From the NCBI GenBank assembly GCA_963692945.1, contig OY843585.1, positions 1,290,001 through 1,322,000 of the forward strand: DNA of 32,000 nucleotides. Direction: 5' to 3'. Positions 17,565 to 25,070 of this stretch are shown piece by piece. The translations under genes were made by a program, and so were the position numbers. The DNA comes from Bdellovibrionales bacterium. Its GTDB lineage: Bacteria; Bdellovibrionota; Bdellovibrionia; Bdellovibrionales; UBA1609. Under the pieces are notes generated by a model. That model did no database searches. It had not been told where the DNA came from and saw nothing but the letters and a program-made list of their open reading frames with translations. Every line of letters starts with the position of its first letter. Positions within the stretch are counted from its first letter, which is position 1.

Positions 17565-18614
17565 TCATATTTCTTTAAATGAAAATCTGGATAGTATTTT
17601 ATTTCTAAGGTTTTTTTCATGAGCCGTTACAGCTTGGCGAGATATATTGAATTCCTTTGCAATATCTTTTGAAGTTTTTAGGTTTCCATCCATAAATATA
17701 CGAGTATTCAAAATTTCTAACAATACATCTTTACTTTTGGTTCTATTTATTTCTCTCAAAGCAAAGTCATAAACTTTTCTTAGTTTTTCACGACTTTCTC
17801 TTACTTTATACATATCCTCTTTATGGCTAAAAGTATCTAAAAGTTTCTCTGTGCCCTCAACTCGTACCCCCATAATCTGATCAATTTGTTTTTGACCAAT
17901 AAAAAGACTATCATCATAATTATACTCTGAAAGTTTTTTTATTGTATTTTTAACAAGAACTTTATTGTATATAGGATGTTTTTTTATAAATTGTGTCAAC
18001 CAATCTTCTGTTCCATATTCTTTAGGGTTTATTTTCCTTTCATCAATTAAAAGCTTGATTAGAGCTGATATTCTTGTATCTTTTATTCTAATCATACCTT
18101 CTCTATCTTTTCTATACACCATATTTTCATTTTTAATGGCTTGTATTGCATAAGTGGCAAAAGTATTTCCTGAAGAAATATCAAAGTTTTCAATAGATCT
18201 AGACAATGCAATTACACCCGTTTGAAAATAGTCATTAGATACATCATAATCGTTACTTTCAAATTTATACTGATAAAATTTATACTTATAAATAAGTCTT
18301 AAATTTGAAAATAGTAGAATATAAAAAGATCTTTTATCTCTATGTTGACTATAATGTTTGAAGAGCTGTAATTGTTTTTCTGAATCTAGTGCAGGATATT
18401 TATTTGCGATTTTTTTAAAAGGCAAACTTGCACTCATTAAAGAGAGAAGCGAATATTTTTTATCCAAAAAGGGTTCTGTTTTAAAGATATCTGAAACTTC
18501 TTGAACTTTTTTTTGTTCTTTCTTCTCTTGATTTTTAAAAACCTCTTTACAAGAATCTGCAAAAACATCTACTGAAAATACTGAAAAATAAACAAAAATT
18601 ACAAGAATCCTCAT
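17565..18614 (-). CDS. Sigma-70-like protein with N-terminal signal peptide, single region-4-like module (paralog 3)
   Basis: The track ORF starts at GTG 18626. The ATG at 18612-18614 is preferred, with GGGGTG 9 nt upstream (MRILVIFVYFSVFSVDVFA|DSCKE). This paralog has the clearest region 2 match: ILLFSNLRLIYKY...NDYFQTGVIALSRSIENFDISSGNTFATYAIQAIKN, against canonical NLRLV..IA..Y / DLIQEG.IGL..A..KFD...G..FSTYA...IR. Region 4.2-like: SKDIAKEFNISRQAVTAHEKNLRNKI. Confidence 0.7.
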   Translation of the reverse strand: MRILVIFVYFSVFSVDVFADSCKEVFKNQEKKEQKKVQEVSDIFKTEPFLDKKYSLLSLMSASLPFKKIANKYPALDSEKQLQLFKHYSQHRDKRSFYILLFSNLRLIYKYKFYQYKFESNDYDVSNDYFQTGVIALSRSIENFDISSGNTFATYAIQAIKNENMVYRKDREGMIRIKDTRISALIKLLIDERKINPKEYGTEDWLTQFIKKHPIYNKVLVKNTIKKLSEYNYDDSLFIGQKQIDQIMGVRVEGTEKLLDTFSHKEDMYKVRESREKLRKVYDFALREINRTKSKDVLLEILNTRIFMDGNLKTSKDIAKEFNISRQAVTAHEKNLRNKILSRFSFKEI

Positions 18615-18637
18615 AGAATAGACCACCCCTTGACACT

Positions 18638-18666
18638 AAATTAACTACAAACTAAAAACTTGTAAA
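18638..18666 (-). promoter_or_regulatory. Candidate sigma-70-type promoter for paralogs 3 and 2 (TTTACA-17-TAATTT)
   Basis: The minus strand has TTTACA (18661-18666), a 17-nt spacer and TAATTT (18638-18643). It lies in a roughly 105-bp leader (18615-18724) that is about 85-90% identical by eye to 16192-16300. Confidence 0.3.
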
Positions 18667-18815
18667 TGCTAAGTGTAAAATCTTCACTGATTCATTGAGA
18701 TAAAATCTAAGGTTTTGAACACTTTATATTCAGAAAGTGTAAAAATTTTACTTTAGAAATGACCTTGAAGATTTGAAAAAGATTCTCTTAAAAACTTTGA
18801 ATAGATTTTTTTAAA

Positions 18816-19571
18816 TTACTTTTGAGATTTTATGATTTCTACAGTAGGAGTGTTTTTCACTTGAACTGTGGGAGTAGAACGGGAAGAACTTTTAACACTA
18901 GAAGAAGGTTTAACACCAGAAGAAGGCTTAACACCAGAAGAAGGCTTAACACCAGAAGAAGGCTTAACACCAGAAGAAGGCTTAACACCAGAAGAAGGCT
19001 TAACACCAGAAGAAGGTTTAACACCAGAAGTGCTTGATGAATTAGCCGCAAAAATAGTAAAAAGACTTCGTCTTTCCATTTTTGCTGGCATCTCAATAAA
19101 AGCTATATCAGAGATTTTTTCTTCCACTTTCTGCAACAATTTAAACCCTAACTCTTTATGTGCTATTTCTCTTCCTGAAAAAAGAACATTGATTTTAACT
19201 TTATGACCTTGAGATAAAAACTCTCGTGCTTTTTGAAGCTTTATATTAATATCATTTTCATCTGTTCTAGGTCTTAACTGAAGTTCTTTAATAAGAACTT
19301 TGAATTGTTTCTTCCGATTTTGTTTTTCTTTCTTTTTATTTTCAAATTTCCATTTTCCATAATCCATAATTTTACAAGTGGGTGGATTAGAACTAGAAGA
19401 CATTTCTACTAGATCTAAAGATCTATCTTTTGCATAAGTTATAGCCTCTTGCAAAGGCATAACACCTAGCATGGAACCCTCATTATCTATAAGACGAACT
19501 TCATGAGCTCTAATTCTTTCATTAACTCTATGCTTATCTCTTCTTCTACGATCTTTAAAATATCTTTTAAT
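18816..19571 (-). CDS. infC: Translation initiation factor IF-3, ATT start, with C-terminal hexapeptide-repeat extension
   Basis: The track ORF (start 19472) lacks the conserved N-terminus. Extending the frame gives IKRYFKDRRRRDKHRVNERIRAHEVRLIDNEGSMLGV..., where NERIRA.EVRLID..G..LGV is the IF-3 N-domain signature. There is no ATG, GTG or TTG between the in-frame thrS stop (19590-19592) and this motif. ATT at 19569-19571 is preceded by AAGAGGA with an 8-nt spacer. Confidence 0.85.
   Translation of the reverse strand: MKRYFKDRRRRDKHRVNERIRAHEVRLIDNEGSMLGVMPLQEAITYAKDRSLDLVEMSSSSNPPTCKIMDYGKWKFENKKKEKQNRKKQFKVLIKELQLRPRTDENDINIKLQKAREFLSQGHKVKINVLFSGREIAHKELGFKLLQKVEEKISDIAFIEMPAKMERRSLFTIFAANSSSTSGVKPSSGVKPSSGVKPSSGVKPSSGVKPSSGVKPSSGVKPSSSVKSSSRSTPTVQVKNTPTVEIIKSQK
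18901..19026. repeat. 7 x 18-bp perfect or near-perfect tandem repeat (gaagaaggcttaacacca) inside the infC 3' end
   Basis: Units start at 18901, 18919, 18937, 18955, 18973, 18991 and 19009, with partial units on each flank. On the minus strand they encode (SGVKPS)n. Confidence 0.95.
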
Positions 19572-19589
19572 AACAGTTTCCTCTTGAAT

Positions 19590-21527
19590 TTAGATAAGTA
19601 AGGATTTTAGAGACTTGCTTTCTATCTCTTTCAATACAGATTCTTTAAAGTGAGTTAAAGAAATGGAATTAAGGACTGTTCCTTCACGAAGCCGAACAGA
19701 TATAGACTCTGATTTGATCTCATTTTTACCAATAATTATCATATAAGGTATTTGTGCCTGTTGAGATTGTCTGATCTTGTAAGATAATTTTTCACTTCTT
19801 AAATCTATTTTGCAAATAATTCCGTTTTGTGCAAGTTCTTTTTGAATTTCTTGAGAAAATTTATTTTCTTTATCCGTTAAAGGTAAAACTATAACTTGTA
19901 TAGGACACAACCATAAAGGCAGCCTTCCCCTTTCATGCTCAAGATAAACTCCTATAAATCGCTCTAAAGAACCTAAAATAGCTCTATGAACCATAACTGG
20001 CCTTTTTTCTTTATCCTTTTCATTGACATAAGTTAAATCAAAAACTTCTGGCAGATTAAAATCACATTGAAAAGTTCCTAATTGCCATAACCGATCAAAA
20101 GAATCTCTCACATTTATATCTAATTTAGGACCATAAAAAGCTCCATCACCTGGATTTTCTGTAAAAGGTATTTTTAAAACATTAAGAGACTCCCTTAAAG
20201 CTTCTTCCGCTTGATCCCATAATTTATCATCGCCCATACGATTTTTGGGTCTGGTTGATAAACAAATTTCATAATCATTCAAACCTAAAATTTGATAAAT
20301 ATCTTCCAACATTTTTACACCGTTTTGTATCTCTTTAGACAATTGATCTAAACGACAGAAAATATGAGCATCATCTTGACAAAAACTTCTAACACGAGTT
20401 AACCCCTGCAATGCCCCTGTAAGTTCATTCCTATGTAGGCGACCAAAGTCAGCCACTCTCCAAGGCAAGTCTCTATAAGATCTTTTATCTTTTTTGTAGA
20501 GAATACAATGACCGGGACAATTCATAGGTTTAAGATAACTTGGCCGTTCCTCATTAGAGATTTCATACATATTTTCTTTAAAATGGAGTGTATGACCTGA
20601 TTTCTTAAAAAGTTCTTCAGCATAAATTTGAGGAGATATCACCTCTTCATAATCATACTCTTTATATTTTTCTCTTAAAAAATTTTGAAGACGATTGTAG
20701 ATAAATGTCCCTAAAGAAGTGAAAAAAGGACTTCCAGGGGAAAGTTCGCTAAACCAAAAAAGATCTAATTTTTTACCAAGACTTCTATGGTCGTTTTCTT
20801 TGGCTTCCTCTCTTTTTTTCAAAAAAGATTTCAAGTCCTTAGAAGTATGAAAAGCAGTTCCATAAATTCTTTGAAGCTGTTTGTTTTTAGAATCCCCTCG
20901 CCAATAAGCTCCTGATAAAAATAAAATTTTTATAGCACCAATTTGACCAAGATGCTGCACATGAGGTCCTCTACAAAGATCTAACCAAGCTCCTTGTTTA
21001 TAAATACTCACCTCTTTTTCTTCAAGATCTTTAATGATTTCTTGTTTGAGAGTTTCCCCTTTATTTCCAAAATATTTAATTGCTTTATCTTGAGACCAAA
21101 CCTCTTTCACAATCTCATACTTTTGTTTCAGTAATTTCTCCATTTCTTTTTCTATTTTTTGAAGGTCTTCTGGTGTGAACTTTTTATCTGTATCAAAATC
21201 ATAATAAAACCCATCTTCAATAACAGGACCTATAGTCACTTTTACATCTGGCCATAAATTTTGAACAGCTTGGGCTAAGACATGAGCGGCAGAATGCCTA
21301 ATCACTTCCAAAGATTTTTTAGAAGGAAGAGCTACAATTTCCACTTCATCTTTATCTTTTAAAACAGACCTTATATCTCTAACTTCTTTTTCTCCCTTTA
21401 AAACAAAACCTACAGCATCACGAGCTAACCGACTTCCAATACTTTGAGCAAGATCTAAACCTGTTGGAGGAGATTGAAATTTTTTTTCACTACCATCTGG
21501 AAGTTTTATTTTACAACTCATAGACAC
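19590..21527 (-). CDS. thrS: Threonyl-tRNA synthetase
   Basis: 645 aa. The N-terminal KIKLPDGSEKKF is TGS-domain-like. HSAAHVLAQAV is the editing-domain motif. Class II core blocks FGRLHRNE, FCQDDAHIF and HRAILGSLERFIG are present. The track start at 21527 is GTG; the ATG at 21519-21521 is an alternative. Confidence 0.95.
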   Translation of the reverse strand: MSMSCKIKLPDGSEKKFQSPPTGLDLAQSIGSRLARDAVGFVLKGEKEVRDIRSVLKDKDEVEIVALPSKKSLEVIRHSAAHVLAQAVQNLWPDVKVTIGPVIEDGFYYDFDTDKKFTPEDLQKIEKEMEKLLKQKYEIVKEVWSQDKAIKYFGNKGETLKQEIIKDLEEKEVSIYKQGAWLDLCRGPHVQHLGQIGAIKILFLSGAYWRGDSKNKQLQRIYGTAFHTSKDLKSFLKKREEAKENDHRSLGKKLDLFWFSELSPGSPFFTSLGTFIYNRLQNFLREKYKEYDYEEVISPQIYAEELFKKSGHTLHFKENMYEISNEERPSYLKPMNCPGHCILYKKDKRSYRDLPWRVADFGRLHRNELTGALQGLTRVRSFCQDDAHIFCRLDQLSKEIQNGVKMLEDIYQILGLNDYEICLSTRPKNRMGDDKLWDQAEEALRESLNVLKIPFTENPGDGAFYGPKLDINVRDSFDRLWQLGTFQCDFNLPEVFDLTYVNEKDKEKRPVMVHRAILGSLERFIGVYLEHERGRLPLWLCPIQVIVLPLTDKENKFSQEIQKELAQNGIICKIDLRSEKLSYKIRQSQQAQIPYMIIIGKNEIKSESISVRLREGTVLNSISLTHFKESVLKEIESKSLKSLLI

Positions 21528-21591
21528 TTATACTAGCGAAAGGATTATAAAAGGACAACTATTTATTAAATTTGATTTCATTTTTAAGCAC

Positions 21592-22173
21592 TTAGACAAT
21601 GAGATAGTGATTTAAAGTTTGATTGACTTCTTGAAAGAGAGATTGTCTCTCTTTAGATTCTATTTGTATTTTAGAATGATCTTCTAAAGTCTGATTGACT
21701 ATAGAGGTGTAAGAAAATTTCTGAGGAAGAACTCCTTGTAGAAAGAGAATTTTTATTTGAAAACATAATTTTAAATTTTCCAAAGAATCTGTTTTCTCAG
21801 CTTGAACAAGGGCATTGCCTAAAAGATGAAAAATCTCTTTAGAATCATTAAACCCTTCCTGACTGATATCTCCTACAACTTTTAAAAAATAAAAAGCAAG
21901 TTCTAATCTATCATAATCTTTTCTTAAACCTAAAAAAGTATTTATAAACCAAGCCTGTCTCAGTTTATGAAGAGAGTTTTTGGCAGGACGATACTCTACT
22001 CCAATAAAAGAACTTGGCTCTAACACTCCCCCTACAAATCGTTTTTTACTTTTTAAAGCTCCTTTAGCAATAAAACTCATCTGATTACCATTTTCACTTA
22101 AGCCTTTAAGAATCAAATCCGATTCAGAAAACGGAGTAGATTTTAAAACAATAAGTCGCGTTCTTTCTAACAT
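21592..22173 (-). CDS. recO: DNA repair protein RecO (short form)
   Basis: The N-terminal OB-fold pattern LIVLKSTPFSESDLILKGLSENGNQMSFIAKGALKSKKRFVGGVLEP resembles RecO (..VL....GE.D.I......G.....AKGAR...SRF...LEP). Start moved to the ATG at 22171-22173 because AGAGGA lies 8 nt upstream. The track start at 22191 is GTG. Confidence 0.7.
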   Translation of the reverse strand: MLERTRLIVLKSTPFSESDLILKGLSENGNQMSFIAKGALKSKKRFVGGVLEPSSFIGVEYRPAKNSLHKLRQAWFINTFLGLRKDYDRLELAFYFLKVVGDISQEGFNDSKEIFHLLGNALVQAEKTDSLENLKLCFQIKILFLQGVLPQKFSYTSIVNQTLEDHSKIQIESKERQSLFQEVNQTLNHYLIV

Positions 22174-22224
22174 AGAGGTTTTCCTCTTCACTTTCCTTTT
22201 ATTTTATGATTATTTCTTAAAATC

Positions 22225-23490
22225 ATGCAAATATCAATTATTGGAACAGGAAGAATAGGCCTTTGTTTAGGGGCTGTATTAGGAGAGGCTCATTTTAAAA
22301 TCCTTTTCACAGATAAAGACAAAGATAAACTTCAAAAACTTTCTAAAAAACAAATTTCCTTTTATGAACCCTATTTAGAAGAGATTTTAAAAAAAAATTG
22401 GTCGCAATTTGATTGGACAAGCTCTAAAGAAGATATTATTTCTTCAGACATCCTTTTTTTAACTCTAAGTGCTAAAACCACTCAAAATAAACAAGACCTT
22501 TCAGAGATTTTTAATTGGTGTGAAATCATTTCAAAAAACACTAATAAAGAAAAAATTTTAATTATAAAAAGCACATTCCCTATAGGAACAAACCACAAAC
22601 TTAATCTCATAGTTCAAAAACACACTCAAAAAATCTCTATTATCACTTGTCCTGAATTTTTACGCCAAGGATATGCTATTCAAGATATTAAAAAAGGAGA
22701 TCGCTTGGTTATAGGTTCTCAAAATCCCATCGCTACCAAAAAAGTTGAAAGCATTTATAAATCCTTTTACACAGGACAAGTTATACATACAGATCCCGTA
22801 ACAGCAGAACTTTCTAAATTGGCTAGTAACTCTTTTTTAAGTTTAAAAATAAGTTTTACAAATGAAATTTCACAGCTCACAAAAAAATATCAAGCCAACA
22901 GAGAAGATTTAAAGTGTATTTTAGAAACTGATTCTCGTATTGGTTCTTCTTGTTTAAATTCTGGTTTAGGGTTTGGAGGTTATTGCCTACCTAAAGACCT
23001 TCAAATGATTATAGAAGAAGGTCAGAAAGAAAATCTAGATATGAAACTTTTAAAGGCCACTCAAGAAGTGAATAACGAACAAGTGCCTTATTTCTTAAAG
23101 TCTATGATAAAGTATTTTAAAAATTTAAAGGATAAGTCTTTTGCTTTTTGGGGTTTGACTTTTAAAAAAGATACAGATGATGTGAGAGGTTCTCCCGCTT
23201 TGACCTTAGCAAGACAAATGCTTGATGAAGGGGCTGAACTGCATATCTATGAACCTCTTTTACAAAAAAAAGAAATTGTAAAACTATTTCCTCAAAAAAA
23301 AGTTTTTATTTATGATACAGCTTTAGAAAGTTTAAAAAATAAAGATGGACTTATTTTAGGAACAGATTGTGAAAAATTTTTTGTATCTTTAAAAGATATA
23401 AAAAAAGAATTAAAAATCCCTTTTATTTTAGATGGAAGAAACCTTTTTTCTCAAAAAGACCTTAAAGAAGAAGGTTTTGATTGTATTTAA
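22225..23490 (+). CDS. ugd: UDP-glucose/GDP-mannose 6-dehydrogenase family protein
   Basis: N-terminal Rossmann IIGTGRIGL, CPEFLRQGYAIQD (NPEFLREG.A), catalytic-Cys block GFGGYCLPKD, and GLTFKKDTDDVRGSPA. Confidence 0.88.
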   Translation: MQISIIGTGRIGLCLGAVLGEAHFKILFTDKDKDKLQKLSKKQISFYEPYLEEILKKNWSQFDWTSSKEDIISSDILFLTLSAKTTQNKQDLSEIFNWCEIISKNTNKEKILIIKSTFPIGTNHKLNLIVQKHTQKISIITCPEFLRQGYAIQDIKKGDRLVIGSQNPIATKKVESIYKSFYTGQVIHTDPVTAELSKLASNSFLSLKISFTNEISQLTKKYQANREDLKCILETDSRIGSSCLNSGLGFGGYCLPKDLQMIIEEGQKENLDMKLLKATQEVNNEQVPYFLKSMIKYFKNLKDKSFAFWGLTFKKDTDDVRGSPALTLARQMLDEGAELHIYEPLLQKKEIVKLFPQKKVFIYDTALESLKNKDGLILGTDCEKFFVSLKDIKKELKIPFILDGRNLFSQKDLKEEGFDCI

Positions 23491-23508
23491 TCTAGAGATT
23501 TGTAAATT

Positions 23509-24732
23509 TTATTTAAAACTCTTAGCACAAGCAGATTGCTGTTTATTTTTTGAACTTTTCTTATTAGTAGAAACTTCCTCTAAATAACTAATTACCTCTT
23601 TGTTCTTGCTTTGTTTTGCAACATCAATAGCCGTTCCTCCCCATTCATTTTTAATATCCGTTTTCGCACCTTTTGCTACAAGAAGTTGTATAATCTCTAA
23701 AGATTCTTCATTAGCTGCCACATGAAGAGCTGTATCTCCATATGTATTTTTAATATTCATTTTTGCACTCTTTTCTAACAGGACTTTTACAATATCTAAC
23801 CGTTCTTGATGAACGGCGTAATGAAGAGCTGTCTCTCCAGTTTCTTTATCTTTAATATCCATATTCACATCCTTTTCTAAAAGGATTTTTATAATATTTA
23901 GATGCTCCCGCCTAATTGCTACATGAAGAACCGTCTCTCCATTTTCATTTAGAGTATCCACTTTCGCACCTTCAGCCAAAAGAGCTTCTACAATCTCTAA
24001 AGATCCTTTATCAACGGCCACATGAAGAGGACTATCTCCATATACACTCTCAACATTCACTTCTGCACCATTTTCTAACAGAACTTTCACAGTATCTAAA
24101 CTTCCTTGACGAATGACATAATGAAGAGATGTTTCTCCACCTTCATTTAGAATATTCACTTTCGCACCTTCAGCCAAAAGAACTTTTACAATATCTAAAC
24201 GCTCTTGACGAATGGCATAATGAAGAGCTGTTTCTCCTTCTTCATTTTTAATATTCACTTTCGCACCTTCAGCCAAAAGAACTTTTACAGCTTTTAAAAA
24301 TCCTTTATCAACGGCTCTATGAAGAGGTGTTTCTCTCCATTCATTTTTAGTATTCACTTCTGCACCATTTTCTAACAGAACTTTTACAATATCTAAACGC
24401 TTTTCACTAATGGCAGAATAAAGAGCTGTATTTCCATCTCTATCGGGAATATTCATTTTTGCACCTTTAGATAGAAGAATTTTTACAATTTCTAAAGATT
24501 TGTGTGTAACTGCTATATGAAGAGCTGTTTTTCCATCTTTATTTAAAAGATTTACTTCTACATCTTCAGATAAAAGGCTTGTTATGGCTTTTAAATCACC
24601 CACCCAAACAGCTTCATGAAGAGTATTTAATGGAGTGCTTTTATTGGCCATTTTAGACTGAGAAGAAACTTGGAAAACAAAACTTCCAAAAAGAATAATA
24701 TTTAAAATAAATAGTGATTTTTTAATTCTCAT
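23509..24732 (-). CDS. Exported ankyrin-repeat protein, family 2 (paralog a)
   Basis: Start set at the ATG 24730-24732 (MRIKKSLFILNIILFGSFVFQVSS|QSKMANK) by homology with paralog b. About 10 ANK repeats (G.TALH.A......IVK.LL..GAK.NI.N). Tail ..QQSACAKSFK. Confidence 0.88.
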   Translation of the reverse strand: MRIKKSLFILNIILFGSFVFQVSSQSKMANKSTPLNTLHEAVWVGDLKAITSLLSEDVEVNLLNKDGKTALHIAVTHKSLEIVKILLSKGAKMNIPDRDGNTALYSAISEKRLDIVKVLLENGAEVNTKNEWRETPLHRAVDKGFLKAVKVLLAEGAKVNIKNEEGETALHYAIRQERLDIVKVLLAEGAKVNILNEGGETSLHYVIRQGSLDTVKVLLENGAEVNVESVYGDSPLHVAVDKGSLEIVEALLAEGAKVDTLNENGETVLHVAIRREHLNIIKILLEKDVNMDIKDKETGETALHYAVHQERLDIVKVLLEKSAKMNIKNTYGDTALHVAANEESLEIIQLLVAKGAKTDIKNEWGGTAIDVAKQSKNKEVISYLEEVSTNKKSSKNKQQSACAKSFK

Positions 24733-24794
24733 AGCACCCACTTTACTGGCTATAGTGCTGTTCAATCTATAAAAAAATAAAGAATATGTCAAAA

Positions 24795-24937
24795 ACAAAA
24801 CTCTCGTTCAAAAAAGCATTTTTAACTCTTATTTTAATGAGCTTTTCATCGCAAGAGAGACGCTCTTCAAATCTCATTAAAATAAGAGTTGCTTAATAGG
24901 TTTATGTTTGAACTAGAGAAAACCTACTGGTTTTCGC
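24795..24937 (-). repeat. Structured repeat element, about 145 bp (left copy, inverted relative to 26957-27102)
   Basis: It is the reverse complement of 26957-27102 at roughly 90% identity by eye. It contains a perfect 18-bp stem (24824-24841 with 24873-24890, 31-nt loop) and ends in the 18-bp palindrome copy. Confidence 0.85.
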
Positions 24938-24982
24938 ATGAAGGGTTTTGTTCTTCAACCTCAAAAAGTAAAAAAGGTATTC

Positions 24983-25008
24983 CTAGAGAAAACCTACTGG
25001 TTTTCGCA
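24983..25008. repeat. Solo copy of the palindromic motif CTAGAGAAAACCTACTGGTTTTCGCA
   Basis: Identical to 24913-24938. Core is GAAAACC-N4-GGTTTTC. Confidence 0.85.
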
Positions 25009-25070
25009 CATAGAGTTTTGAAAATGGAACTAGAGTTTTGAAGAAACAGGAAGAATAGGACTTTTACAAG

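Noticed and set aside
17564-17620. N-terminal 19 codons of track ORF 16301-17620 (MKKTLEIKYYPDFHLKKYE), overlapping the end of the upstream paralog.
   Set aside because: This stretch overlaps the 3' end of CDS 17565-18614 in another frame. The ATG at 17561-17563 gives a signal peptide homologous in position to the other two paralogs.
18822-19206. Three overlapping ORFs (18822-19037 +, 18857-19096 -, 18868-19206 +) with repetitive translations (RRRLNT, LLLVLS, EEGLTP).
   Set aside because: They are other reading frames of the 18-bp tandem repeat inside infC. The infC frame is the only one continuous with a conserved protein.
24733-24798. N-terminal extensions of the family 2 ANK ORFs (24733-24798 and 26331-26390), of rpmI (14686-14724), carD (29421-29480), the Zn-ribbon gene (27778-27816) and recO (22174-22191).
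   Set aside because: The extensions begin at non-ATG codons or lack an RBS, while an internal ATG is preceded by a good Shine-Dalgarno sequence. The extensions are not conserved between paralogs.
24824-24890. Integron attC-like site (long imperfect palindrome beginning ..AAC and ending GTT.. next to a gene cassette).
   Set aside because: The stems are perfect, without the extrahelical bases typical of attC. The flanking 7-mers match RYYYAAC / GTTRRRY only partially. The two copies flanking the ANK gene are inverted rather than direct, and no integrase is present in the window.
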